Source of the DNA: Basidiobolus meristosporus CBS 931.73
Lineage: Eukaryota > Fungi > Basidiobolomycota
NCBI GenBank assembly: GCA_002104905.1
Contig: MCFE01000364.1
Location: 1-64,000, forward strand
Direction of reading: 5' to 3'
Length of the DNA stretch: 64,000 nucleotides
Shown piece by piece: positions 1 to 12,397 of this stretch; within the stretch, counting starts at the first letter, position 1, and each line of letters opens with the position of its first letter. The translations under genes and the position numbers were made by a program. The notes beneath the pieces are model-generated. The model searched no databases, was not told the DNA's origin, and saw only the letters and a list, made by a program, of their open reading frames with translations.

Positions 1-835
1 AGTCAATCACGATGGAGGTTTGAGCAGCAGACGAAAGGGTTCTCTTGGCACGCTCACATGCGGTTCTGAGACGACGAAGGGCACGAGCATTGCTAGACAA
101 GTCCTCCCTGCTCTTGCGCTTGAACTCTTGGACAAAGTGGCTGACAAGACGGTTATCAAAGTCCTCACCACCCAAGTGGGTATTGCCAGCAGTAGCCTTG
201 ACTTCGAAGATACCATCCTCAATGGTCAGCAGGGAGACATCGAAGGTACCTCCTCCCAGATCGAAAATGAGAACATTCTTCTCACCACTGGTCTTTTGGT
301 CAAGGCCGTAGGCAATGGCGGCGGCGGTAGGCTCGTTGATGATACGAAGAACGCTCATACCCGCTATAGCCCCAGCATCCTTGGTAGCTTGACGCTGAGA
401 GTCGTTGAAGTAGGCAGGAACAGTGATAACGGCATTCTTGACCTCACCGCCGAGGTAGGCCTCAGCGGTCTCTCTCATCTTCAACAAGATCATGGAGGAG
501 ATTTCCTCAGGAGTGAAGGTCTTGCTCTCGCCCTTGTACTCGACCTGGATCAAGGGCTTGGAGTCCTTCTCGACAACCTTGAAAGGCCAGTGCTTCATAT
601 CGGATTGGACCTCGGAGTCGCTGAAACGACGACCAATGAGACGCTTAGCATCGAACACGCTGTTGATGGGGTTCTTGGCGGCATCACCGATGAGACGCTC
701 AGAGTCTGTGAAAGCAACATAGGAGGGAGTGGTTCTGTTACCCTGGTCGTTGGCAATGATCTCAACACGATCGTTCTGCCAGACACCCACGCAGGAGTAT
801 GTGGTTCCCAAATCAATTCCGACAGCTTTAGACAT
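1..835 (-). CDS. HSP70: Cytosolic HSP70 (SSA/Hsc70-type), N-terminal 278 codons; continues beyond the window start
   Basis: Manual translation from the ATG at 835 gives [44 protein letters not shown]...[15 protein letters not shown]...[14 protein letters not shown]...[13 protein letters not shown], with no stop to base 1. It is missing from the ORF track because it runs off the edge. Confidence 0.96.
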   Translation of the reverse strand, partial: MSKAVGIDLGTTYSCVGVWQNDRVEIIANDQGNRTTPSYVAFTDSERLIGDAAKNPINSVFDAKRLIGRRFSDSEVQSDMKHWPFKVVEKDSKPLIQVEYKGESKTFTPEEISSMILLKMRETAEAYLGGEVKNAVITVPAYFNDSQRQATKDAGAIAGMSVLRIINEPTAAAIAYGLDQKTSGEKNVLIFDLGGGTFDVSLLTIEDGIFEVKATAGNTHLGGEDFDNRLVSHFVQEFKRKSREDLSSNARALRRLRTACERAKRTLSSAAQTSIVID

Positions 836-920
836 GGTGATTTTTGGAATTAAGAGTAAATGAATTAGTGTGTAATATTAGGATATATTGAATGTCGAAC
901 CAGCTCGAAGCTAGTGAGCA

Positions 921-926
921 TTTATA
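921..926 (-). promoter_or_regulatory. Candidate TATA box of HSP70
   Basis: TATAAA on the minus strand about 86 nt upstream of the HSP70 ATG; motif match only. Confidence 0.35.
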
Positions 927-1147
927 TTAAGCTGAAAGTCCGCATTTTTCTCATAAATCCTAGCTTGTTCCTCGATCATTCCACCAATCAACACTAAGGG
1001 CTGGGTAATGAATCCGAATTAAGTCAATTTACGTCGTTCGCGATCTACATGTAGTTTGAGCGATAATGTGTATCGATTTTCAGCCAGGCGCGGTTAGAGT
1101 TGGCCACCAACGACTGATTTAAGCAACCGTGACTGAGAATCTCTGGT

Positions 1148-1704
1148 TTGAGCCAGCTGCTGGATAACCCGCGGTATGTGAGCAACAGTGTTACTGTATC
1201 AATGGCGGAGACTTCAGCCAGGCACAGAACTGCAAGGACTTCACCTAGAAAAAAGGAGGACATAAGCATGAGGCCTTTCCCGAGTGTCGGGTGTCGGCTG
1301 TTAGTGACGGAACATGAGGTTGGGACTGGTGGCAAATATCCAACTAGATGCATATTAGGAAGTGTACACCAATATCCAGACACACAAGAGGTATCAAGGG
1401 AAACAACCAATCAACATTCAGCATTGGAGTCTGTAAATAAGGAGCGTGAAAAATTGGAGATAGCCAACACATCTCTTAGAACGTTCGATATATTGAGAGT
1501 TCTATCAGAGGAAATAAGAGAAATGGGTGATAAACAGGCTTAGGAGCATATCCAAGAAGTGGGCTCAATACCTAAGGAGATATCCTTATCTGCCCTTCAA
1601 GCCGGCTTAATAACTCTTCAAGCTATCAATGTACGTAGCGTCCAAGACGTGAAACTCCTTAACTACGCGACAATACTGCTGCAGCATAAAGCAATAACAC
1701 CTTA
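1148..1704 (+). pseudogene. Unidentified helical/coiled-coil ORF with one internal TAG
   Basis: The 131-aa ORF (…ESVNKEREKLEIANTSLRTFDILRVLSEEIREMGDKQA) continues in frame after TAG 1541-1543 for about 53 more sense codons. No family recognised. Confidence 0.25.
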
Positions 1705-2524
1705 GCAAGATTTAGCTGCGGTTCAATAGTCGCAGACTCGATTTCGTAACAGCTTCCAGGCCCTATCTGGAGCCATTTGGCCGAGTCAGGCATGACAATT
1801 AGTGTGCTCCTGAGCTGCTTGCCCAACCAACAACCGGGACAGAAAAGCAAGAATGGTGTTCCGGATAAGCTTAAGACCGCGAGAGGATCCATCATACAGC
1901 TACCAACTGTCGGGATATTCTGCCGTGTGTTTCGCACAGACTCTCCCTGGTAGGTACCACTCAGCAGGTGGAAACTTCAATGCAATCAATTTCTATTTGT
2001 CAAATAGCTTTTCTTGGATAGATCAAATGCTATATGCATTTTGAGCCAGCATTGACCCTCGGAAACAGCTCCCTCTTGATCCCGATTTGCATTTCTTATC
2101 CACTTGATGCGCTTCTTTGGAACATGCGAGTTTCGTGGATTGTTCTGAAGCTGAACCGGGGCTGTGCGCAGCCACATGCTCTATTTCTACCAGCTTGGCA
2201 ACTCCAATTCCCATAGGGAAGTTCTTATTGTGGTTAGCTTACGCAGGACACTTTGTACTAGAACAAACGCGTATCAAGGCAACGGGATATTCCGCGAAAA
2301 ATCAGTCAGATACGCATGTGGTGGATTTCAGCCATTTACAGTTTAGAGCATGTGGTGGATTTCGACCAAATCAAGTCAAGAGCATGCGGTAAAATGGTGA
2401 GGCTAATGGGCAAGAGAATGTGGTGAAATAGCGTTACTAAAGGGTGATTGAATATCCAACCAAATGGGTGACGAAATTCTCAAATGAACTATTTAACAGG
2501 CAGATGCCTGCTAATGTTATGGTT

Positions 2525-2941
2525 ATGACGCGACTCTTATTTATTGTGCTGGTATTAGCAAGTGTGACTATTGTCTCACGGGCTGATGCGATACCATCTA
2601 CCGATACCAAGGCCAGTCAAGATAGAAATCAAGGTAAAAATGGGGTTATCCGGTTGCACTCTATTACGGGCATAAACCAACCGATTTTTTATCCAGCTGT
2701 GAATCTGTTGAACTCCGATCCGGATTACAAGTCTGTTGAAATTTTCGAAGATGGCGATGTTGGCGGTGGTTGCCATATCAGCGACGATGGTGATGATGAT
2801 GGCGATCATGCCGGGAGAAGAGTAGGTAGCAGTGGCACCGCCAGCCACAGTGCCAATATGAGCAACAAGATATCCTGTCCATCGCTTTGCGCTGCTGTGC
2901 TGGCATTCATATGGGTTAAATACCATCAGAGTTTGGCATAG
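2525..2941 (+). CDS. Small putative secreted / GPI-anchored-like orphan protein (138 aa)
   Basis: MTRLLFIVLVLASVTIVSRADA is signal-peptide-like. It is followed by an acidic Asp/Gly-rich middle, a Ser-rich spacer and a C-terminal hydrophobic tail (LCAAVLAFIWV). It lies in a CpG-rich gene island. Confidence 0.5.
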   Translation: MTRLLFIVLVLASVTIVSRADAIPSTDTKASQDRNQGKNGVIRLHSITGINQPIFYPAVNLLNSDPDYKSVEIFEDGDVGGGCHISDDGDDDGDHAGRRVGSSGTASHSANMSNKISCPSLCAAVLAFIWVKYHQSLA

Positions 2942-3967
2942 CACTCAGAAATAAATCTCGATTAACAAAGTTCATGTTGACCACATGCACTACCCCTATT
3001 CTATGGATCTAAACCGTATCCCTGGAGGTGCTTTTAGTACAAAGCTGTTGGTGTATCTAGTATCTAATCAGCAAATGCTGTTCATATTGTCTTAATGCTA
3101 ATGCAAGTCAAGGAAAGGCCGGCGATCGGATCGGCATTGCTAAGCCTTTGTAAGTAGCATGGACGCAATAGTTGTAGCTACAAGGATTTCATGTCGGCGA
3201 TACCTGTTCTATGCAAGATAACTGAGGCTGTTTACGTCTGCAATGTCAGTCATTAGAGTACTGTAGGTGATTACGGATATACGTCCACATCGGAGAGTAG
3301 TATTCATGTGGTGGCTATAACGCCGGTTCATAAATCGGCAGGGGAAGATTTTAATCAGGGCAGGGAATGTGACAACTTGGACTAGACCAGTCGCTCATGG
3401 CGGCCATCAAATCCTGAGCACCCTTTGTGTAGTAGGAGGATCTTTTACGCCCGCTAGTGCACCCAACAGTGTGGATCCAGCTGTTCTTCGCGGAACTAAA
3501 ACGAGGAAGGATCTTCAGTCTGACCTACTGCTGATGTTGCCAATTTATCGGGATATCTATGGGCACTTTGATTGGAATTTAGCGATTTAGATGGTTGCTG
3601 GGGTGCAATTAAACTGCAAATCTAGGAAGGATGAATTTTTGGTGATTACTGACACGTGGCGGAACTCGATTCCGGTGTCAGCGCGCAAATGATGTTGAAA
3701 CCAGAGTGTAGCAATAAGAGTTCCATGAAATATAAAAGAAAGAGCCACGGTACCCTATGTATGTATGTAGAAGCTTTAAAATGAGGCATGCAAAAACTTG
3801 AGAGCTAGGGTAAATGACATATTGAATTCTTGTGGAGATTTAGTATCTGATTGTTATAAATATCAAGCTTACACCTTAACCACTCACATGACATAGATTC
3901 TACCTAAATTATTGCCAATTTATGGATTGTATACTTAAGATTTGGTTCACAAGATATTGGTTGATTC

Positions 3968-6900
3968 AGTTGCAAGTTTCATAGTTACACCTAAACATTC
4001 ATCAAGCTTAGTCACTTGGATCATTACCTACAGATCTTTGGGAATTCTGACCAAACTCCATGTTGGGATTTACTTCAACTATTCTCACCAAAACATCAGG
4101 TACCCAAAACATGAAATTGTGGTAAGCTGTCCAAACAGTTACAAACTTTGTATACATGTTCTTGGGACCTTCCAAAACATATTCCATGTGTATGTTTTGC
4201 CAAAACCATGGAAAGGTTAGATACTACCCTTACATATAATAAATCATTAAGTGGATAACACACAATCTTCTAGTTCTCCCAGTCACTTCCAATATCTCCA
4301 AGATTATTATAACAGGTTTGGTGCCCTAAGCTGTTACTCTCAGCATCATACACCACTCAAATTGTTGGAATTTTCCCTATGTTGAAAAGTTAAATAGGCC
4401 TTACTACCAAGTCAAGAAGGTGAAGTTGAAGATACTGCTACAAGAAAGAGGACTTTGGGACTTTGTCAGGGGAGCAATATACTCTCTTTAAATCAAAGAA
4501 AAGAGGCTTTAGAGTACCAGAAGATAGAAAAAAGTCCATTTGACTGAAATGTTTCAATTATACAGACTAAATGCTAGTTCAATGCTCAAGAGCAAAAATG
4601 GTGAGAATGCCTGGAAAGCATAGGAAGAGGCCTGCTAGCCATGCTCAGCTGCTAAAAAGTTGCTTTTTAAACAAATAAAGAATACTACAAGAGTGCTCCT
4701 AGAAGGAGTGATGAAATATCTAATCAAAGGAATGTCCATATTGGTTGATGAGATGTAATTGGTAAGCATGCAAATAACTGACACAGATGTGATAGTTACC
4801 TGCCTCAATAGCCTTACAGTGAGGCTTAGGGTCTTCCATTGGTTCTGGCATCAAGAACTGAAGGCCTGGCCTCAAACTACATATATGGAAGGCTCCTGGA
4901 GAAAGAGTTAAGATATTGACGCACCAGTAAGACACAAGACAAAGATCCTCTGAGAAGCCATGCTAACAGCTAAAGAAGGTGCTGAAGACCCCTTGAAGGC
5001 CACAACAACATCTCTTGCAACTATTACAAAAGTAAAGGACACACAACAGACCATTACTTCAAAAGAGACATTTGGTTAAGGAAGTGTGAATAGAGAAATG
5101 CTGTAACCACTAAAGATAGACCATATATATCTGCACTCAGTATCAGGATTCTTGAGTATAGCATATCCACTTTAAAGCATCTCACCTCTTTTGCCACCCT
5201 AAAGTACCTTTTATACAATATCAAGAACCATTTTAGAAATCTGAATCTTAGAACATGCTAATTTTGGCTGGTATTCTGCAGGTGCTTTTCCTTCAGGTTT
5301 CAGCTGCAACTTTGGGTAGAAGTAGCAAGCAGCTGATTGCCATATTTGGTGTGCATACTAGTTGGCCCAGTTGCATCCTGGAGATAATATGCTTACTTGT
5401 CCACCCAAGTGCCAAAATCCAAGATATTGCAAGTTGTCAGTTCTGGGAAACTGAGAATTTAACCAACATTGTGATGGTATTCTGCTGGCCTTTACTGGGC
5501 TTTTCTCTCTGGGGAAATTATAAATACAAAGGATATCATGGGAGTTAATAGAACTCATGAGGCAGTTGGACGGCTGGCTATCCAAGTAAAGCTCTGAGGT
5601 AGTGGAAGAAGCCACCCTGACCTTGAGAGAAGTACTACATTATGCTTTGGCACCGGAGATTTGGACCCATCATTATCATTTTCAGAGCAAAATGATCTAA
5701 GATCAGCTGACTTCCATAGTTGAAATTGATCCCACTGCTAAGTTGGAACACTGTGAAGCCTCCATATATGGTATGAAAGCAAAGCAGCTGCTTTAGAGTT
5801 CTAGGCTAATAAAACTACAAAAAAGTAGAATCAACTCACTCAGATCTCTGTTGACATATGCACAATTTGTCCTTAGGTGGAGAGAGGTACTTTATACCAT
5901 TATTTATGATTAAACAAGATGCCTATGGGTCTATCTCATGGAGAAAAAGATAGAAGCTCTGTGTAAGCCTACAGAGCCTAAAGCCATTGCTGACAGACAG
6001 ATTGATGCCAATATCTTGAGAGAATACACTAAATATATAGAGAATATACCCTAAAACCCTAGAGTATATCTGCAGAACTCATGGGATAGGACAGGGGACT
6101 GCTTCAATATACTGCCCATGACAATATAGAGTCCCAGGATGCGTAAACAGATTAACAATGGATATGGAATGATCTATGATCCATGATCAAGAATCACGCT
6201 ATGAGTTTGGGGTGGAAATGGTCACCATAGCTGAATATTTTGAAAATAGGAGTGATAGCAGAACATTTTGTAAGTCCACTCAGTATGAGTCATAGTATAT
6301 ACATATCAAATGCCAAGACTCTTGGAGCATTAGGATGCACAACTTTGGTGAGGAAACTGCCTGGTAATCATTCAAGCTTTGAAACAAAAAGAGTAAAAAG
6401 AATATTTTTGGGATACTACAGTGCAATCAAGGCACACAGACTCTACAATGCCAAAACAAAGAAGTTGACAAAGTGTAAGGATATGTTGGGTGATGTAAAC
6501 TCAACTCTTCCACAAAAAAGGGCATCAGATGATGACAACAATCCAACCACAAGTCAACTAATAGGCAGCATCAAATTAAAGCAAAATAATGGGACATTTC
6601 CCCTCCCCATGGGGCCCTGCAGCTGTGGTGCAGCCCAAACCAATGCCCTGAGATATATTGAAAGTGATTGCTCCTGTATTATTTCACAGAAGTTTCATCT
6701 GGATAAAAGTAGCCCAAATTACCCTGTTAATAAGAGTGTGATATGGTCTTGAATTTAGTCACAGCAACAAGCAACCAAATATCATTTGGATGCAGATAGG
6801 ACATGATGATAAAATTCAGGTCTTATGGTGCAATTGATGGATACAAAGCAAGGCTTGTAGCCAAAGGATACTATAAAACAGAAGGATTGGATTACCCCAA

Positions 6901-7400
6901 AGCCATTACTTTAGTAGTAACATCTATTTGCATCAGATTACTATTGCTATTGCAGCCAAATGATCATTTTTATTTGTCAAGCAGGTGTAAAGCAGGATTT
7001 TTGAATGGGGAACATGATGAGAATATGAATATAGAAAAGCCCAATGTGCTTGCTATCCAAGTGAACCTCCTTATGATTTTCAAGCTCAAAAAGTCTCTGT
7101 AAGGTCCCAAACAACCAAATGCAGCCTGGAATTACAAGGTGGATTTTATTTGGAGTCCATAAGTTCTCAGTGAAGTGCTGCTGACTATGACATCCATGAT
7201 TAGTCAGATAATACATATTAAGCGCTATTAGCACAATACATTGATACTCCTGTTATAGCAAACAGTAACAAGAGAGCACTGGAAGAAACTTGCTCTTGAG
7301 ACCCTCCTGAATATATTTTATGTGCTTTTTATGCCAACTCCATGTAAAAGTATAAATGCAAACTTTACACCCAAAATATTATCAGGCCACTAAAAGTAAT
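3968..7400 (+). mobile_element. Degenerate Ty1/Copia element, family A
   Basis: 5' LTR about 3968-4314, then a degenerate PBS GGTTTGGTGCCC. Gag start KLKILLQERGLWDFVRG near 4420, integrase C-terminal KRIFLGY...RLYN (6240-6500), RT start GYKARLVAKGY (6840-6880), partial 3' LTR about 7300-7400. Many stops and frameshifts. Confidence 0.75.
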
Positions 7401-7466
7401 TTGTCCAGAGTTGGTACCCAATATGATTCTTAACTGATTGCAAAGCAGTCAAGGCAAAGAAAATCT

Positions 7467-7815
7467 TGTTGTAGGAGTCTTGGAGATACTGGAAGTGATT
7501 GGGGGAACAAGTAGATTATGTGGCTTTCACTTGATGATTTATTGAATGTAAAAGTAGTATTTGTACTTTTACATGGCCCTGACATAACAAACATGTAGAA
7601 TATGTCTAGGAAGGTCTTAAGCACATATGTGCAAAGTGTGGGGCTGTTTGGACAACTCTGAGAATTCTAATGTTCTGGGTACCTGAAGTTTTGGTGAAAA
7701 TATTCAAAGTAAATCCCAACATGGAATTTGGTTGGTATTCTCTGAGATTTATAAGTAATGATCCTAGTGACCAGGATGGGTGAGTATTTAGGTGGAACTA
7801 CAAATGTTTTCAACA
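7467..7815 (-). repeat. Solo LTR of Copia family A (349 bp)
   Basis: TGTTG...CAACA termini; reverse-complement match to 21344-21692 and 3968-4314; flanked by AATCT/AATTT (5-bp TSD with one transition). Confidence 0.8.
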
Positions 7816-9070
7816 AATTTGTGATCAGCTAATGAGAAAACAAGCCCAAGGCATTGACTTTTTCACATGTTGCATTAAATTGTACCATACAACATATTTT
7901 GCTGGGCATGCTGTTCAAATATCAACCACTCTGTGGTAAGAGATGGTCATGAAAAAAAGGCTGCAAGGACACCTGAACATTTGTTGACACCATCATTCAG
8001 GAATAACAGATGCGTTGTTTCCAAAAAGGCATTCTGCATTTGAATTATGCCTTTACCACCCGATCAGGGCTTAGTAGGCAAATCTGACCCTCCAGATACT
8101 ACACGCTTCTACCTACTAGCGATTCCAACACAGCATGGAGTCCCTGAATGCTAATCAATGATACCAAGCTGGATTCTCGAATTGGCAGGGTTGAAATTAG
8201 GGGAAGATCAAGATGACGATATTGGTGGAGGTTGGTTGCAAAGCGATTAACCAATTAGTAGGCTCGGATCGATCGATGATTCGGGGAGCGCGAACTTCAA
8301 CCCCATTGGAATGGACCAGGCAAGTTGATAGTTATAGGTTTGCTGGGTGGATTCAGCATTTCAACATCGTGTAACGGCAGAGCTGGAAAATCACCATTTT
8401 GGTGGTGTTCCGCTGAATGCCCGTGATTCGGGTGGACAGCAATGTAGTCTGCCATCCACTTGTTGGCAACACATCCCAAACGTGCTCCCCTCCCGGGGAA
8501 AATGGGCTTTCGCTGCTGATGAAATCATTTCCATATTGGGCTGCGTGTAAGCAGGCAACTAGGCCGATCACTCGACATATGCTCTCCGAAAGCATTCACT
8601 AACTCAGCGAGGTGTGGAGATTCTCCCCGAGCTGATTAGTTGGCAGCGCAAACACAGTAGATGCCGCGACCCCACCGCTACCAGGTGCATTGGGCTCAAA
8701 GCGGCTGGCTCCTGCCGGTTATCTCGGGCGAAGCAGAAGGATATTCGAAAGCGAAAGCTGATCAAGCAAGCGGGCACTTCTCTGACTGGCACGTCTAGCA
8801 AAGTACAGTGACCTTACATTAGTAGCCTCTACCCTTTGGCCACCCGTGAAGCCCCAAGTGGATTAGACTGCATGCTCGTGCCCTGAGTAGCTTGTGAGAG
8901 TAGAGTTGGATTCACATGCTCCGCATCATCGAGAGTTGGGGAGGCTCGGATGGAGAGCGTGCCAAAGATTGGTAACTCATTGGCCCAAGATTCTTTGTGT
9001 GATCCACCGGGCGGCATATAAAGATCCGCTTCGGACGGAGTGTACTAAACAACTAACAACGATTGCAGCA

Positions 9071-11445
9071 ATGAAATCCTTCAGCGCCTTACTAACACTT
9101 CTCAGTGTCGCTGGCCAGATTCTCGGTAATGCCATTTGCCACTGCAAGATGACCTGAAGCCGTACTAACCCTTGCCTTCAGGTCAGCCGATTGACAGTGG
9201 TGCGGATGCTTTCATCACCGATCTCGCCCTCAAGGCGTGTGGCAATACAGCTTGTGAGCTTCCGGCACCCTGGCATAGGATCCCCATGGATCTGAATAAA
9301 GGGGCCGGTGGGAAGTACGTCTACCTTCACTACCGCAAGGAAGCGGGCGCCAAGCCCATCACCGACATTGTCATGCTGAAGGGCGGGGATGCTGTCCCAC
9401 CTGGTTACCAGAAAATCGACGTGAACCTCAACGAGGGGACATTGAAATCGAAGAGGTATCTGGCCTACACCAACACCCTGACCACAAGCGCCCCCATCCA
9501 GAACCTCTTAGTCAAGCTCGGCTCCTCCCCTCACGCCTTGGATGGCTACCGCAGCTTCGACTTCGACATGAACGAGGGCATAGGTACGCTGGACTCGCTT
9601 CGCTCCCGCGAGAGGCAACACTAACCACTTGGAGGATTTCCAGGACAAAAGGCAACGCTCTTCTACCAGCCGAAGCTCGATGAAGGTTAGTGGGAGTAAT
9701 TGATTCTTCTAGGCGATCACGCTGCTGACCAGTAGAGATCCAGTCCCCATCTCCGATATCACCGTGGAGTTGTGTGATTCTGCGAGCTGCTCGAAGCCCG
9801 GATGGATCAAGTCGGACCACGATCTGAACATCAACGCGGGCGGGAAATACGTCTACCTCTTTTACAAGCAGGAGAAGAGCCCCGCCTACATCACCGAGAT
9901 CAAGGCGTCCGCACAGACCTCTATCGAGGGGTATGAGCGACTCACGGCAGACGTCAATGCGGGCACCAAAGGTAAGCCGCTCTATCTGTTCTACAAGAAA
10001 GGGGCGGAGCAACCCATCTACTCGGTCACCTTTGAGAGCGGCCAAGATCTGGTCGATCCGCACGGGTACGTCAAGGTGGAGCAGGATTTGAACGCAGGGA
10101 CCGGTGCGGACGAGGTCTATCTCTACTATCGCAACAAGCCGCTTCGTAAGTGATTGCGCCGTTCCCTGGCGACCGCGTTTTCTGACCAGATTCCATTCGC
10201 AGAGCTGCCCCAGACCCCGCAGTTGAAATTCCACGAAGACGGGTCGTTCAAGATCCTGCAGCTAGCCGATCTCCACATGACTAGTCACCGTAGCGGGTGC
10301 TACGATGTTCCCACCACTGGAGAGGTATGGAAGGCCAATTGCTCCAGGCCGTGGACCCATCTAATTTTGCTTGATAGTGGAAAAGCTGCACCAACCTGAA
10401 AACGTTGGAGTTTGCGGAGCGGATGATCAAGGCGGAGTCCCCGGATGTTATCGTGTTCACCGGGGACAACGTGATGGGCTCTCGGGATCCCAGAGCGAGT
10501 GTTCTGAAGTACGCCAATCTCGCTGCAAAGCACGGCATCCCATGGGTAAGCTGAACGAGCATCCATCCTTCTCCCCGACAACACCTACCTACAACTTTCG
10601 CTTTGTGTCTAGGCGTTCGTACACGGCAACCACGACGACGAAGGGGATCTGTCTCGTCTGGAACTTACCCAGGCTGCCCTATCGGTTCCATACAACCTGG
10701 GGAGCAACGGCCCCTACAGCCTGTTCGGCTCCGGGAATTATTTCGCCCAGGTTCTTGGCAAAAGGTATGGGTCACCCGCCCCAAATCAGACCCCCTCTTG
10801 CTCCTGAATGTACTAACCTTGATGTCGGGATTCACTTGGACCTAGCTCCCAGCCAGCATTTACCTTGTACTTCGTGGATTCCGGAGCCTACAACATCGAC
10901 GGCGCTGGTTATGACTACATCAAAGACAACCAGGTGAATTGGTTCAAGGACACCGCAAAGCAGCTGGCGAACCCGGACGGGTCCAAACCCAACGCGATCG
11001 CCTTCTGGCATATCCCAACCACGGAGTACTCCGATGTGACCAAGGTCCCGGAAAAGCGGGTAGGCGACAAGCAGGAGAACGTCTCCAGCTCCAAGGTCAG
11101 ATCCCCTTGGGTTGACGCGCTACGCGAATGTAAGTGAATATACCCGGCACCCACCGTGGCCTAGGCAATGTTTCCTTACTTAATTTCCTTACTTTCTCGC
11201 CAGCGGGGGATGTCCGGATGACCATTGTGGGCCATGACCACGTCAACGACTACTGCTTCCCCTACGAAACCCTTCAGCTGTGCTACGGCGGCGGGGCTGG
11301 GTACGGGACGTACGGCGCCACCAGCAAGGGATGGGACCGTCGCTCCCGGGTAATTCAGCTCTCCAACTTCGGACAACAGATTAAAACATGGAAGCGCAAG
11401 GACGACGCGGCCCTCACTGCCTTCAACGAGCAGGTGATTGTTTAG
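9071..11445 (+). CDS. Secreted protein with two MABP-like beta-prism domains fused to a DCR2/PAP29-type calcineurin-like metallophosphoesterase (9 exons, 622 aa)
   Basis: Exons 9071-9125, 9182-9583, 9644-9685, 9744-10145, 10203-10324, 10378-10545, 10613-10764, 10846-11129, 11204-11445 total 1869 nt in one frame. All introns are GT-AG, 53-81 nt, most with CTAAC/CTGAC branch points. Signal peptide MKSFSALLTLLSVAGQILG; six D-x-N-x-G-x-x-G-x-x-x-YL-x-Y repeats; metallophosphoesterase motifs ADLH, TGDNV, GNHD, FWHIP, GHDH. Confidence 0.92.
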
Positions 11446-12397
11446 TTTCTCTTGTGGGAGGCCAAGTCTCATATAGCATTTGCATCGATCTCTGTAGACG
11501 TGTACGGATAATAAAATTCTCCCCGTTGAGCCAATCAAACTGAACTATCTTATCAGCGAGGGTGGCCGCGCTTGTCGGATGGAACGGTCTGTTCGTGTTA
11601 GTTCCATGCGATGATCGAGACACTTTCCAGTCTCGCTGGGGCATTCAAAGCTATATGTGACTGTTTGTCGCGCCGGGACCGTGGCCATGAGTGATACTGA
11701 TTGCTGGTCCACTCGGCATACGGTAACACGTTGTCATTACTGATCCACCCCTATGGTCAGGCTTCTGGAGGCTGGAGGAGCACACCTAGGTATATCCGGC
11801 TCACCCGGCAGTAATGGCCTTCGCTCCACACCTAGCGTTTCACTAATAGTGGCAAGAGACGACTCACACGCCGGCAACAGCAATTGAATTCCAGGAACCA
11901 TGCCCCGTAAAATTGACGTTAAGACTGGCCAGCCTATGCCAGCAAGTGGCATGATTGAATCGATTGATGACGAGGGAGACGTTCACTTGGGCTGGGATGA
12001 TTCAGTGGAATTCTCGCCGGAGGCGATTAACACGAACTGAATCCCTTCCAACCGGCCAGAAACGAGACATGAAACGTCCGATTCGTGACGAATGCCCATG
12101 TTGCACTTGTTGGATTGGTGTGGATCGGGATTCCGTAATTGGTACGAATCCCTCATGGTGGGGGTGGGGGGATCTAACCTCGGTGAGCTTGAAGAATCCA
12201 TCAACCTGGCCGGTTGGGTGGGGATTTCCTACGCCATTCCACGATCGATTCCAATAATTGTCCTCCATCTAACTCTCTCGGGAGGGGGGGGGGGGATCTA
12301 CGATGATCTGGATTCGCGTACGCGCATCCGCAATTTCTCTCCCACCCAATTTCGATCTCCCCCTGGGTAAGGATCGGTGTGGCTTACGTCGCCAATG

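Noticed and set aside
20-853. 277-aa plus-strand ORF resembling so-called NAD-specific glutamate dehydrogenase
   Set aside because: It is the codon-for-codon antisense frame of HSP70, a well-known shadow ORF caused by HSP70 codon bias. It has the same 5-codon deletion, so it gives no independent evidence of coding.
9182-10145. Exons 2 and 4 of the phosphatase gene are both exactly 402 nt and phase 1-1, suggesting exon duplication
   Set aside because: The intron positions are not equivalent relative to the repeats: exon 2 includes a leader and lacks the last strand, which exon 3 supplies. The equal length is probably coincidence.
9512-10234. 240-aa minus-strand ORF and other long ORFs overlapping the phosphatase and RTC3 genes (e.g. 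13919-14320)
   Set aside because: Antisense shadows of high-GC3 coding exons; no motifs.
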